Of a stretch of 64,000 nucleotides of DNA, positions 35,850 through 49,588 are shown in pieces. Under the pieces are notes generated by a model. The model saw only the letters and a program-made list of their open reading frames with translations, searched no databases and was not told where the DNA came from. How positions within the stretch are numbered: the first letter of the stretch is position 1; each line of letters begins with the position of its first letter. Location of the stretch: positions 45,694,001 to 45,758,000 of the forward strand of contig OZ360245.1 of assembly GCA_977017645.1 (NCBI GenBank), written 5' to 3'. The stretch comes from Torpedo marmorata. Taxonomy: Eukaryota. A program made the translations under genes and the position numbers.

Positions 35850-37260
35850 AACAAGAATATAAGAAATAGGAGCCATCTGACAAATTCAACCTGCTCTGTC
35901 ATTTAAAAAGATCATTGCTGATCTGGCTGTGGACTCCGCTCCACTTACCTGTAACCCTTACTTCCCCCACTGTTCAAAAATCTACCTATCTGTGTCTTAA
36001 ATACATTTCATAAGGCAGTCTCTGTTACTTCATTGGGCAGACAATTCCACAAATTCACTACTCTGGGTAAAGCAGTTCCTCCACATCTCTGTCTTAACTT
36101 TACTCCCCTGATTGTTGACTACAGGAAGGGAAAACCAGAGGTATACAATCTAGTGATCATTGGGGAATCAGAGATGGAGAGGGTGAGCAAATTTAAGTTC
36201 TTGGGAGTCACTATCTTGGAGGATCTTTCCTGGAGCCAACACACTAAAGGCATTGTGAAGAAAGCACGTCAGCGTCTCTACTTCCTCAGGAGTTGGCGGA
36301 GGTTTGGTATGACATCAGAAACACTGGCAAATTTCTACAGATGTGTGGTGGAAAGTGTGCTGACCGACTTCATTACGGTCTGGTATGGGGACACCAATAC
36401 CCCTGAGTGTAAAGCCATCCAAAAGGTAGTGGACACAGCCCAGGACATCATGGGCAAAATCCTCCCCACTATCGAGAACACCTACAGGGAATGCTGCCAT
36501 CGGAGAGCAGCAGCAATCATCAAGGATCCACACCACCCAGCACACGCTCTGTTATCGCTACTGCCATCAAGAAAGAGGTATAAGTGCCACAAGACTCGCA
36601 CCACCAGGTTCAGGAACAACTGCTTCCCCTCCACCATCAGAATCCTCAACAACAAACTTAATCAGGGACTCATTTAAGGACTCTTGTGCACTTTATCGAT
36701 TTTTAAAAAAAAAATTCTCTCTGTATTGCAGTTTGTTTACATTTGTTATCTGTCTACAGTTCTTTTTTTTTTACTTGTATAAGCTATGTACAGTTTTTTT
36801 TTTGCACTGCCAATAAGTGGTAATTCTGCCTCGCCCACAGGAAAAGGAAAAAGAATCTCAGGGTTGTATGTACTCTGACAATAAATCTGAAATCTGATCC
36901 TTGATGCTATGTTCCTAGTTCTAGTCTCGTCTGTCAGTGGAAATCAACTTCTCTGCTTCTATCTGATCTAATCCTTTCAGAAGTTTATATTTCTCTAAGA
37001 TTCCGGCCCCCCCCCCCCAACCTTCTAAACTCTAATGCATGTAGTCCCAGATTACTCAATCTCTCCTCCTAAAATAACCCCCCTCATTTCCAGAATCAAC
37101 CTGGCGAACCTCTGGGCTGCCTCAAAGACCAGTATATCCTTTCTCAAGTAGGCAACCAGAATTGCAAACTCTATTCCAGGTACGGCCTCACCAGTTTCAG
37201 CAGAACCTCCCAGGTCTTAAATTCAGGTCCTCTAGCAAGGAAGGCCATTGCCTTGATTAT
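35850..37260 (-). mobile_element. CR1 LINE 3' fragment interrupted by a Rex1-like LINE
   Basis: Reverse-oriented CR1 tail (ATAAGAAATAGGAG...); CR1 sequence resumes after 36897. Confidence 0.75.
36112..36897 (+). mobile_element. Rex1/Babar-like LINE 3' fragment nested in CR1
   Basis: IVDYRK...KFLGVTI..DLSW...KARQRLYFLR...IIKDPHHP; tail GACAATAAATCTGAAATCTG. Confidence 0.88.
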
Positions 37261-37434
37261 CTGCTAAAAATAAGGGTTCAGTATTTAGGACAATATTAGA
37301 AAATAGTTCTTCATGCGGAGGAGAATGAATTTTTGGAATTTTCTTCTTGAGGGATGTGGAGACTCAGTTATTGAGTATATTCGCAGGTATTGTTAGATTT
37401 TTAAATATTAAGTAAATCAAGGGATTGAGGCGCT

Positions 37435-38224
37435 AAGATCAAGATTCAATTTATTGTCATAGTAATAAAACAGTGTCATATTCCATGAAATTTCTTTTTG
37501 CCTGCTGCAATGCAGACAGATTTGCCACCGGCAGAAATTGCCTAAGCGCCTCTTACATTCCTTACAGTCAAAGAAAGAGAAGCAAAAGAGAGTCTCCCCC
37601 AGAGTCACCGAGTGTCCATAGATTCGCCTCCAGCGCTTACGCAGCCTCCGCAGCCACACAGAGTCCAGTCCAAACCATCGGCAACCCGAGCTCCAGATCC
37701 GAACCTCCAACACGGTCAGGTCACCCTCGGCACCCCCTCGCATCCCGGTTCCGATACCTGGTACTCCTCCAGCCAGTTCAAGCCAGCCTCCAGCAGCCCA
37801 CAGCCTCCGCGGGTTCCTCGCCTCGAGTCGCCTCAGCCTCAGAGCCCCTCACTGGTCCGCCGCCGTGGTCACCGTCCCGTGGGTCGACTCCTCTGCTTCT
37901 CCTTCTCAGACTGGGGGTGGGTGATCTTTCTGTCTTCTGGTGCCCTGCTCCAGTCCTCCGCTTCCCCGGAATCTGCAGCCCCTCGTGGCTGCTGCCGGTT
38001 AAAAGGCGCTGCCATCTTGGGCGCAGACCCCGTGGTCGCGGGATCTTAAATAAAACCACTGTTGGCTCCCTCAACGGGCCGTTCAAAGCCCGTACGGAAC
38101 CGACGGCAGTCGACTGGGTGGCTGGACCCCGCGGGAGCGCTGCATCTCCGGTCCCTCGCTCCCCGTGGGTCCGCACCAGCGGCAGCAATGCCGCTGCAGC
38201 GGCTCCGGCAACGCCGCCATTTTC
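37435..38224 (-). mobile_element. GC-rich non-autonomous retroelement (~790 bp), copy 1
   Basis: On the minus strand it begins AAAATGGCGGC and ends GACAATAAATTGAATCTTGATCTT; homologous to 46452-47248. Confidence 0.75.
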
Positions 38225-38944
38225 TGCATGATCAGCTGTGATCCCATTGAATGGCGGAGTGGCATTAGGGCTGAATGGCCTGTTGCTGCTTCCATTTCTT
38301 ATGTTGTTATCTTCTTTTACTAATGCTGCTGTTCTTTCCAATGACTTTCCCTTGATTTTCCCTCTGGTACTCACTCACCTGATGGTAGCACTTGATTTAG
38401 ACGGGGAGCAAGAAAGACATTGGATTAGCCTGATTGTGCTCTTTGGAGCAGAGGAACAACATTTGGAGAAAGCACTTTATTTAGCATGAAATCGTTGGAC
38501 TTCGATGAACCTCTTTGACTATGCGCAAACGACATGCTACAGCCCCAATCTAGAAGATCACGGTTTCCTCAATTCCCTTCCCCAACCCATTCCATCAATA
38601 TGCTACAGTTCCCATCCCATAATATAAAAAAAAATCAAATTAGTGGCCCATGTTGCATGATAGGCTAAAATGGAAAGGTTTCAATCTATTTCCTCCTGCA
38701 GGTGGATTAGACCTTGACCCCTTCTTTGAGTCCTGGAGGTAAAAGGCTAGTTTCCATATAGTCGCCTCACCTGGTTTCCTGGTGAGGACCAAACAGTATA
38801 CTATTTTTTTGGGATTCATACCCAGGTAACATTGAATCTAATGTAACCCTTCTCTTGCTCCCACTGTTGAGACCAACTGACTCAGTGCAGGCCAGGAATT
38901 TAACCACATTGAGATCCAGATCAAACTTCATGTTAACTTTGCAG

Positions 38945-39073
38945 GGAAGGGAAGATTCCAAAATCACGGATCATCAACTGGGAGCCAACAGAAGAATTTG
39001 TGAGAAGCAACCATGTCCTGAATACTCCAGTACAAACCATGTACATCATGGGAGATCTGGGGCCCTATGGAAA
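38945..39073 (+). CDS. MKS1: MKS1 exon 6
   Basis: gcag|..[43 protein letters not shown]|gtaggt, 129 bp. Confidence 0.96.
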
Positions 39074-39172
39074 GTAGGTGTTTCATCTTAAGCTCCATTT
39101 TAAATTGTAGTTGGCAAAATTAATTGCAATTGTAACCATATTTCAATGGTAAATTATGTTCTATGTATTCAG

Positions 39173-39277
39173 GCTGGGACACCGTGAAGATGAGTATATA
39201 TTGTGTACAATTAAGATGGACAGCAATGGAGTTCTCTCCATTAAACCAGACTTCAATGATTCTAAAGCAGCCTACAG
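39173..39277 (+). CDS. MKS1: MKS1 exon 7 (GC donor)
   Basis: cag|LGHREDEYILCTIKMDSNGVLSIKPDFNDSKAAYR|gcaagt, 105 bp. Confidence 0.93.
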
Positions 39278-39574
39278 GCAAGTACGATGCCACTGGTCAT
39301 CAATGTTGATTTTTCTTACCATTTGTTTATACAACCATCACAGTGATTTATTTTCAACACATATTGGCAAGTTCCAAGCCCTAGCCTTTTGTTCTGTAGT
39401 TCTCTACTATAGGAAATACAACATTCTCTGTTTCAACTTTGTTTGTTCCTATTGATTTATAATAGTTGTCATAGGGTCTCGACCTGAAATGTTGACTCTT
39501 CAATTCTCTCCACAGGTGCTGCCTGACACGCTGAATTCCTCCAGTAACTCACATTTTTGCTGCTAAGTTTTATA

Positions 39575-41185
39575 ACATAAGAAATAGGAGCAGGAGTCGG
39601 CCATCTGGCCCATCAAGCTTGCTCTGCCATTCAATAAGATTATGGCTTATGTGGCCATGGATCAGCTCCACTACATCCCTTCTCCCCCTGCTTCACCCCA
39701 TAACCTTTAATTCTCCAATTATTCAAAAATCTACCTGTCTGTGTCTTAAATACATTTAATGAGGCTGCCTCTACTGCTTCATTAGGCAGAGAATTCCACT
39801 CCTCTCTGGGAGACGCAGTTCCTCCATATCTCTGTCTTAAATCTACTCCCCCGAATCTTGAGGATGTGTCCCATAGTTCAAATCTCAATGGCTAGTGAAA
39901 AAAAACCACCATGCTTCTATAGTATCTATTCATTTAATAATTTTATGTTTTTATACGATTCCCTCCCCCCCCCCCATCCATCCATCAAAACTCCAGTGAG
40001 TGTAGTCCCAAGGCTACTCAATCTCTTCTCATAAAATAATCCCCACATTTCTGGAATCAACCTGGTGAACCTGATCTGCACTGCCTCTAAAGCTAATGTA
40101 TCCTTTCTCAAGTAAGGAGATCAGAATTGCACTGCACACAGTACTTCAGGAAAGCCTCATCAGTGCCCTATACAATTGCAGCAGAACCTCCCTGCTCTTT
40201 AGCTCAGTCCCTCCAGCAATGAAGGCCAACATCTCCATAATCAAGTTCGCAGATGACACCACGGTGGTTGGCCTGATCAGAGGGGACGATGAAACGGCCT
40301 ATAGGGATGAGGTTCAGCACCTGGCCTTGTGGTGTGTCAATAATAACCTGATACTTAACACTCAGAAGACCAAGGAGATCATTGTGGACTTTAGGCGTAC
40401 TGGAAGCCACAGTCACGTCCCCATTTACATTCATGGAGTTGTGGTGGAACGTGTGTCAAGTTTTAAATTTCTTGGCGTCCAGATTTCTGAAGATCTTACT
40501 TGGTCCTTGAATTCTTCAAAGCTGATTAAAAAGGCACAACAGCGTCTTTCTGCGAAGCATGTGGAAGGTACACCTCTGTCCTAGGATATTATTGGATTTC
40601 TATAGATGTACCATTGAGAGCGTATTGACATATGGTATCTCGGCGTGGTATGGTAACTGCCGAGTACAAGACCGCAAAGTACTTCAGCGGGTGGTGAAAA
40701 CTGCCCAGCGGATTATTGGCTTGCAGTTGCCCACCATCGAGAACATCTATAGAGAACGGTGTCTGGGCAGAGCGAGGAACATTATTAAGGATGCATCTCA
40801 CCCTAACCACGGACTTTTTACTCTTCTCCCATCGGGCAGACGCTACAGGAGCCTTCGCTCGCGTACCAGCAGGCTGAAGAAGAGTTTCTTTCATGAGGCT
40901 GTGAGCCTGATGAACACTGAATCACAGCGTTGAGTGATACTGCACTCACAGTGTAATATCAGTTTGTTGTTGAATTGGTTATCGTTGTTGATTAGGTTAT
41001 TGTTGGTTTTTATTGCACATGTTTTATTGTAATGTATATAGCACTATTTTTTAACTTCTGGTTGGATGCTAGTTGTATCTCATTGGCTTGTTTTGAACTG
41101 GTACAATGACAATAAAGTGCATCTAATCTAATCTAATCTAATTTGCTTTCTTGATTACCTGCAGCACCTGCAAACTAACCTTTTG
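39575..41185 (-). mobile_element. CR1 LINE 3' fragment interrupted by a Rex1-like LINE
   Basis: RKD.LALEAVQ.RFTRLIP motif; CR1 tail at 39575; resumes ~41142. Confidence 0.78.
40229..41141 (+). mobile_element. Rex1/Babar-like LINE 3' part (third subfamily)
   Basis: [35 protein letters not shown]; (TCTAA)4 tail. Confidence 0.9.
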
Positions 41186-41634
41186 AGAATGTATGTTGCA
41201 TCACTTACATTGTAATGCCGGACATGGAACCCAAAGCACTGGATGGGTTCTAAAAGATGCTATGCAACTGAAGTGTAACTCTTTCCCTTTGATATTCATC
41301 ACAATTGATAATTTATAAACCTGGTCATTTCACTCCCTTTCCCCCTTCCATAACTCACAATTTTTCAAAATTTAAAAAATATGTTCTGTTCTCTGGTATG
41401 GTGAAAATGATCTTGAGTAAAAAATCTTAACTTCAAACTTTACACTGGAAAAACGCAGATCGTTCAGCAACTAAAAGAGACAGACTAAAATTTGGTTAAA
41501 TGTCCTATAAAAGTGTTTCAATTAGTCTGAGGAATGAATATCTTTGCACAGGACTGTCTGGAAGGAAAGGCAGACGACAAGTGGTAGTAATGGAATTGAG
41601 CTATATCAATGACTTCTACAGACAATGGAACCAT

Positions 41635-42020
41635 TGTTAACTCGGCCTGTGACATCACAGGCACCAAACTTCACTCCATTGAGGACATCTACATGAGGCG
41701 GTGTCTTAAAAAAGCAGCCTCTATCCTCAAAGACCCCCACCACCCAGGCCATGCCCTCTTCACTCTGCTTCCATCGGGAAAAAGGTACAGGAGCCTAAAG
41801 ACGAGCACTCAACGGCACAAGGACAGCTTCTTCCCCGCTGCCATCAGATTCCTGAATAATCAATGAACCAAAGACACTGCCTTACTTTTCGTGCACTATT
41901 GTTTATAATTTTTTTAGTAATGTCGTAAGATGGTTAAAATGAATATTAATTGCACTATGATGCTGCCGCAAAACACCGAATTTCATGACTTGTTCATGAC
42001 AATAAATTCTGATTCTGATT
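41635..42020 (+). mobile_element. Rex1/Babar-like LINE 3' end
   Basis: Near-identical to 11885-12270; (TTCTGA)n tail. Confidence 0.92.
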
Positions 42021-42914
42021 TAATAAACAGTTTCAAATATTGAAATAGTGGCTAAATACTTTATTCTGTACAGAGACCAGCCCATTCAGTTATACTCTGC
42101 TGATCAGGTGTCATTTCTGACGATCCAATTTCTGTGTGATAATTGCCACATATAACCTGTGAGAGATGGTTTCTATACAGTGGATATCTCTTCCTGTTGT
42201 TCTAATATCAAGCAGCCAGAATGCAACAACATATCTTACATTGATTGATACTGCATTTTCAATGAAGATATTCCCTTTGTACTTTTAGAGGAAAGCAATA
42301 GGATAAGAGAACAAAGAAGTAGAGACTATGGTGTCTTTGTTTTGTTTGCCATTCAGAATGGCTGTTGGATTTGTAGACCCAAAACCCTGGTGTTCAAATG
42401 TAAGTTGTTTAATTTAATTGAAACTTGCGTTTCTTTTCATTGTTCCTGTTTGGAATAGACTGTTTTTTGTAATGCATGGTAAACGTCAAGTTGATTAATA
42501 AATCCTAAATTAACTGTCACAATCAGCTAGACTCTAAGGATATATTCAACAACGGCAGGACTCAAAGTTTACATTCTGTGCTCAGCAATAAGACTTGAAT
42601 ATTGCAGCAGGATTTCTCATTCAGATGCCAATTGCCATAATATCCATATCCATTTTTAATATAATTTTAAAGTTTTGATCAGAGTTTTCTTTTCACCTTT
42701 TCTCCTTTCTCGTTAACCTTTCTCTTTTTCTCTCTCTTCCTTCTGCCCCACAATTTCCCCTCTTCCCCTGCCCTATGTTCAACACTGTCTGCATATTTAT
42801 CTGGAAAGCCCTTTGAAGAAGTTGCTTAGTTAGACTGAGGATGCACCTTATACAGCCTTGATCTATAACCCTTTATTGCATTCTTTTGTTTTTCTACATT
42901 CTTGCTGAGACCAG

Positions 42915-43023
42915 GATCGAGACCGAGGGAGAGAAGAGGGATCTGTGGTTATACACCATTAACAATGTATCTGTTGATGTCAAACCAGAAGAACAGAACA
43001 GAGAGAAAAATCTCTTCAAAGAT
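42915..43023 (+). CDS. MKS1: MKS1 exon 8
   Basis: ccag|[36 protein letters not shown]|gtaaga, 109 bp. Confidence 0.96.
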
Positions 43024-43479
43024 GTAAGAAAAAAATAATGTGTATTTATTACTGTTAAAACTTGTTTTCTTCTAACATCTTCCAGGCAAATTAATTTTGG
43101 ATTAGGATACTGAAAAATAGTTGAAGGTGTGACTAATCAACATGAGCTGAACCAATTGAAGAGCGTGACTATGAATCATAGTTTCAGCTTCCCTTATCCC
43201 AGTGACCCTGCTTCATTTGTGAGCCTAAGTTAAAACATCAGCAGCTGCTGGTAACAAAGGGCCAAGCCCTGCCTTGCACATAAAAATCAGGAGCACTGGC
43301 TAAATCCCCATCAGCTATTCCCTATCCTGGAATAAATAATCAATGTATTGTGCCAGCTAACTCCATGCAAACTGGGGAGCAAAGCAGGGTCAGCTTATTT
43401 TCCCTTTCTTACACCATGACATCTGTATTTATTGATTTATTTTTTTTCTCAATTTCATCATTGCTGGTACACCAGTGTT

Positions 43480-44080
43480 TTGGGCTATCCCTAATTCCAT
43501 TGAGAAGGTGATGCTGAGCACCTGACCCTTTGACCAACTGCAGACCTTCTGGTATTGGTACTCCCACAACACTGTTGCGTATGAAGTTGTAAGATGTTGT
43601 GCTTCAGTTGATGAAGGACGTGACGTATTTCCATCAAGATGGCATTGGATTTGGAGGGGATCGTGTAGGTGGTGGTGATCCCATGCACCTGATCCCTTCT
43701 TTTGGATTGGTGGTACAGATTGTGGGCTTTGGAGGTGGTGCTGTTGAAATAGTTTAAGCGTGTCACTGGAATGCAGTTTAGCAGATGGTAAATGTTACAA
43801 CTACTGTATCTTGGTAATAAAGGAAATGAATGTTGAGGATGGTTGATGAGGTACCACTCAAGTAGCCTGCTTTGTCCTGAATGCTGCTGAGCTTGAGTGC
43901 TTTTGGAGCTGCACTCATCCAGCCAAGTGGAGAACGTTCCATCGAGCTTGTGACTTGTGCCTTCAGGGCAGTATGATGTGAGTCATTCACTGCACCATAC
44001 CCAGCTTCTAACCTGCTCTTGACATCAAAATATTTGAAGTCGGTCTAGGTCCAATTCAGTTTCAGGTTATTGGGGACTCT
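43480..44080 (-). mobile_element. Old CR1/L2-type LINE fragment
   Basis: Decayed LGWMSAAP..LK.L.SIQDKA..L motif in ORF 43778-43990. Confidence 0.6.
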
Positions 44081-44629
44081 GAGCTTTTCTCACATTGTAC
44101 AAAATCTCTGAATCAAAGTTGATAACTGCCTGTATCCAAGGTATGACAATCTCTTTGTGGAACCGTCCTTGTTTTAGTCCTTTTCGGGCCTCCACACTCA
44201 CCTCTTGCAGCACCTTGATTATATTGGTGATGCTTCCCACTCTCATATAGGGCTCAAAAGTGTCAACACGTTTGTGCTGATTTCCACCCTGCTCTCTCCT
44301 TCACTCAGAGCATATCTGTTCTTCCCTTACCTTTTTTTGAAATATATATAGATATATATATATTTATGAATAAAGTTTATTTTAAAATAGAGAATAGAAT
44401 TCTGGATTTAATCAGGTCAGGCAAGATCTTTTGAGGGAAAACTGACCACATCCACGACTTTTCCAAATTGTAGAGAAGGCGGAGGGATGGAGAGGACTCT
44501 GTAATAGAATGAAGACAAAGGGACTGAGTGAAATAAGTACTTGTAGTCCCATCTGACAGTGACTAATGAAGATTTTTAATTGCAGCTGATCAGTCCAGAA
44601 ATATAAATGAAGATGGAGGAGGACAGAAA

Positions 44630-45790
44630 TTGTGAGATACAAAATACTCGTTGCTGGAAATCTGAAATTAAGGAGAATTGTGAAACACATAGTTTGAGAG
44701 AGAAAAACAGTTAATATTAATGGTTGATGACCTTTCACCAGGATCATTGGATCATATAAATAAGCAATGTTATTTTCCAATTTCTTTTAAATCACAACTC
44801 AGAATTGACCCAAAAGACTTCCAGTTCTGACACAAACTGGAAACGCTGGCTATCTGAAACTGCTGAAATTGGTCTTGTGTCAAGAATTGAAATGTAGCTG
44901 GTTGCAAGATGCTGTTCATTAAGTATTGTGTTTCACTGGAGCAACACAAGAGGCCAAAGCCAGTCAATGTGGTAGGATGGAGAGTTAAAGTGTCAGGTGA
45001 CTCCGTGCACAGAAGCATTCTTGAAGACTGAACAGAAGGGTTCAGCAAACAGTTACCCAATCTATGTTTGTTTTTTCCAGGGTAGCGGAGACCACTTTGG
45101 AAGTAGTACAGGTGAAGTGGTGTTTCATCTGGAAGTTGTGTTTGGTCACAGGATGTTGAAATGGGAAGATTCAAAATAATTATTCGATTGTATAAGGAAT
45201 AATCTTGTGTTCTATTATGTTTTATAATATAACTCAATGGTCCAAAACTCTTCGTCTTATCAGTTATCAAAGGTTGCATCTCTGGTATTTGCCCAGGAAG
45301 GTGCCACAAGGAGGAAGGTTGACATTAGTGGAGGTGAAAGAGTGGTCTGAGGAATGAGAGGAAACAGTTCCTTCAGAAAGTTGAAATGAGAGGGGAAGGA
45401 GTGAGAAAATGTGGCTGGTGGTGCATCACGTTGAAAGAATTGGAAAGCATGGAGAATGATTCACAGAATGAGGAGGTTGGTGGGATGAAAGGGGAGGAGA
45501 AGTGAAACCCTATTGCTCTGGTTGGAAAGTTAGAAGGTGAGTGCAGAAGCATGGGGATGGAACAGATGTAGCTGAGAGCCTTGTCAACTACAGTGGAGGG
45601 GAAAGTACAGTTGAGGAAAAAGGAAGATGTTTAGAAAGGAGTGCAAGAAATTGCAGCTGCTGGAATCTGGAGTGTGAAAATAAATTGCAGGAAGAACACA
45701 GCAGACCGAGCAGCATTTGTGGAGACAAAGAAATAGTTACCATTTTGGGTTGTGACCCTGCATCAGGACCGAGTTCCTCCAGATGTTTAG
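44630..45790 (-). mobile_element. Degraded Penelope-like fragments
   Basis: FHP...ILxxFxxFQRD-like segment similar to 61340-61625, plus the family's short terminal module. Confidence 0.5.
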
Positions 45791-46451
45791 AAAGCATAGG
45801 TGTAGTGGGTGTTGGCATCAGAACAGTTACAACATAGCCAGAGAAACAATGACAATAGAATGGCATGGCTGTGGTCAAAGTAGCTACGGGTGTCTGACAT
45901 GGAATTGATTGCGAAAACAATAGAGGCAAAACAGGCAAAAACAATACAATCATGATGTTTCTCTTTATATTCATTGTGCCATCAAATGAACACATTCTAT
46001 AAACTGCAACAAAATCACTCGTGTTTTGTCTTTAAACAATACACTCATGAAGTGTTTAAGAGACTGTAGCACAGAACCCAGCCCCTCAGAATCCAGAGAA
46101 AGCAGGACCTCAGACTGTGATCCTTCTCCACAGTGCCATTGTTCTGGCTACAGCAAGCATCAGTGTGTCTTCAGTGTGTACTGTGCAGCCTGGAATGTGT
46201 CAATGGCAGCATTCACTTACAAACATCTTGTTTCACTGGAAGACCAAAAGGTCTATTCTCATTGCTTTTCTTTTGACTCACTGATTGCACTTATGCCTCT
46301 GAGGGTGTTGAATTATGTTTTCACCCCCCCTCCACCCCCACCACGGCTGGAAGACACTTCAGTATTGTGGTGAAGGGCTGATGAATTATCTTTCAGATGA
46401 GAGGTGTTCTGATTTGGTATATGAGAAATATTCTTATTGTTTCCAATAAGA

Positions 46452-47248
46452 CTGGTGTGGACCCGTGGGGAGCGAGGAGTGGAGATACAGCGCTCCCGCG
46501 GGGTCCAGCCGCCCAGTCGACTGCCGTCAGCTCCGCACGGGCTTTGAATGGCCCGTTAAAGGAGCCGACGGTGGTTTTATTTAAAATCCCGCGACCACGG
46601 GGTCTGCGCCCAAGATGGCAGCGCCTCTGATCGGCAGCAGCCACGAGGGGTTGCAGATTCCAGGGGAGCGGAGGACTGGCGCAGGGCACCAGAAAACGGG
46701 GAGACCACCCCCCGTCTGAGAAGGAGAAGTGGAGGAGACGACCCATGGGACGGTGACCACGGCGGCAGACCGGTGAGGGGGCTCTGCGGCTGGAAGACCG
46801 ATGCATGCGGCGGGCTGCTGGCCACTCGAGGCGAGGAACCCGCGGAGGCTGTGGGCTGCTGGAGACTGCTGTCGGGAGACTCGCGCCGGGCTGCGGACTG
46901 CTGGAGGCTGGCTCCAACTGGCTGAAGTGGTACCAGGTATCGGAACCGGGATGTGAGGGGGTGCCGAAGGCGTTGAAGGGTTCCTGACCGTGTCGGAGGT
47001 TCGGATCTGGAGCTCGGGTTGCCAATGGTTTGGACTGGACTCTGTGTGGCTGCGGAGGCGAACCTACAGACACTAGGTGACTCTGGGGGAACTCTCTTTT
47101 GCTTCTCTTTCTCTGACTGTAAGAGGCGCTTAAGGCAATTTTTGCCGATGGCGAATCTGTCTGCCTTACAGCAGACAAAAGGAATTTTGTGTAATATGAC
47201 ACTGTTTTTATTACATGACAATAAATTGAATCTTGAATCTTGAATCTT
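46452..47248 (+). mobile_element. GC-rich non-autonomous retroelement, copy 2
   Basis: Homologous to 37435-38224 in the opposite orientation; internal CAAGATGGCAGC; tail GACAATAAATTGAA(TCTTGAA)n. Confidence 0.78.
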
Positions 47249-48409
47249 TAATTTTCCTTGATATCCTTGATACTTGCTCCACCTTAATCAATATCATAAA
47301 GTTAACATCTTGACCTCATTAATATTAAGTTTTTTTTACTAGTACCTATTGTCTACCATATACATAGATAAAAAGGACTGAACTTTTTAATTCATAAGAT
47401 GTAAAGTCTTTTGGAGCATGTCTGAAATATGATAATATGTAATGTCAAGTGGAGTTATTTCTTTATATAATCCACTGACTCGCTTGGTTAAATTCCATTT
47501 TGAATTTGGCGTATCACCCTTTGCCCTAATTAATCCAAAGAATATATCACCAGAATATTTGTTGGATTAATGATAATGTCACAATGACAAGCTAGGTTAA
47601 ACTATTGTGACTCTGTACCACATAAATAGCAAGTCAGAATCTCTTATAGTCGGACAGATTTCATGACTCAATTTTCTCCCTGCCTGACTTTTTGAAGTCC
47701 ATACCTCAAATCTTTGAATCTGGTTCTGGTTCTTCGATGTGTTTTCCAAAAGGTTGGATGTGATTTGACAGTACTCTCAAAGAGAATTTATGATTGCATG
47801 ATGTAACTCTTCCTTGCAGCTGATTAAAAAGGACTGATGTAAAAGTTTGAAGTAGTTCCTACACTCTCCTCACTGATAGATACTGGTGTTAATTGAAGTG
47901 AATTTTCAGTGTAGTTTGATGATAAGCTGGTTCAGGAAGTGTAACTTGGGTTTTCCTGTCACTGTAGATACATTCCTACTTAGCAAGTGACTAAGTGTCC
48001 AAAATGTATCTGTCTAGCTTTCCTCCTTTAACTTTCCACATTATTAAATACAAAAGCATCCATAGGGAGAATAGACAATCAAATGACAATGATGAAGCAG
48101 AGTCTAACATGATGTGTTTGTCATTAAGGAGCTGTGAGCAAGTTCCTTTGTGACAGTGCTGATAAATAGGTGAAACAGGACAGCAAGAAGAGAGGTGGAA
48201 AAAAATAGCCCACATCCCCTCCCCTGTCCCAATCCTCAACCAGTTCACAATGAAAATAATTGCTACTGGGTTTAAGGTCTTGTTTATGTATTGTGCTCGA
48301 ATTAATGTGTTGCTCATACAATGGGAATATTCCTATGTTATGTGTGCATTGCCTTTTATTTCAATTTACATAGTTTTGATTATTTATTTCCTGCCCTTTT
48401 TGATGCTAG

Positions 48410-48466
48410 CTGTACAACAGGCACAAAGAGTACCTCACTACATTGGTTGGAGATGAATTTGAAACT
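48410..48466 (+). CDS. MKS1: MKS1 exon 9
   Basis: tag|LYNRHKEYLTTLVGDEFET|gtaagt, 57 bp. Confidence 0.95.
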
Positions 48467-48709
48467 GTAAGTATCTATTTTTCCTTTGTAGATTTCATTG
48501 AGAAGGAACAATATTACCTGAAAATATGTTCAAATTGCCTTAATCCGCAAATATGTGTTGCAAAGGATTCTCATTATTTGCAGGCAGCACTGAGCTGATC
48601 ATTGGACTTGGCTGTGGCGTCATCAATTGAGATTGTGGTTGACCAGCATTTGTTGTTAGCATTGTCAAATTCCTTGTCTATTAGGGTAGCACTTGCAAAA
48701 CAGCACTAA

Positions 48710-49150
48710 CCAGAGAACAGTACAGCACAGTAACAGGCCCTTCAGCCCATGTGTCTGTGCAAACATGATGTGCAAATCAAACTAAAGCTCCACTGTAATA
48801 GATGTCCCTCCATTTCCTTCACATTCACATATCTATCTAGAACTTCCACCACTACTCCTGGCAGCCCTTTCCAGGCACCTACCATTCTCTGTATAAGAAA
48901 AAACTTGCCCTGAACTTATCCTTTTAAACTCCCCCCGCCCCGCACCTTAAATACATGTCCTCTTGTAGATGATGCTTTTAACCTGGGATAAAGATTCTGA
49001 CTTTCCATCCTATCAATTGCTCTCATGATTTTATAAACTTCCATCAGGTTGCACCTTATCCTTCTGTGCTCCAGAGTAAACAACTCGAGTTTGTCTAACT
49101 TCTCCCCATAACATATACCCTTTAAACCAGACAACGTCCTGTTACACCTC
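48710..49150 (-). mobile_element. CR1 LINE 3' fragment
   Basis: LFTLEHRRIRCNLMEVYKIMRAIDR...TRGH motif. Confidence 0.8.
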
Positions 49151-49351
49151 TTAGCCCTGCTGCTCCAGTTAAGCTTGGCTAATTTAGTGCATCCTGGTGT
49201 TTTTGGTAATGGTACTTCCTGGTGTCTATAAATTAGTTTCACAGTGGACATTATGATTTCCCCAATGAACCAACGATAATTAAATCATGGCAGACAGAAA
49301 TAGAGTACCTGCGGGAACAATTTTTAAATCGGGAATGTTGAAGTTCTCTTT

Positions 49352-49588
49352 AATTTTTTTTAAAAGTTAGACATATAGCACGATAACAGGCCCTGCCGGC
49401 CCACAAACCTGTGCTGCCCAAATACCCTAATTAACCTACAACCCCTGTACGTTTTGAAGGGTAAAAAAAAAACTGGAGCAACCGGAAGAAACCCACGCAG
49501 ATGCGGGGAGAATGTACAAACTCCTTACAGACAGTGCCAGATTCGAACTCTGGTCATTGCGCTAACCGCTATGCTATCCATGCCGCTC
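49352..49588 (-). mobile_element. V-SINE (HE1-like)
   Basis: Reverse complement of the 30006-30250 family. Confidence 0.85.

Noticed and set aside
37417-38374. Long ORFs of 145-252 aa, and the 214-269 aa ORFs at 46393-47221
   Set aside because: They arise from the GC-rich repeat, their frames differ between copies, and they have no recognisable domain.
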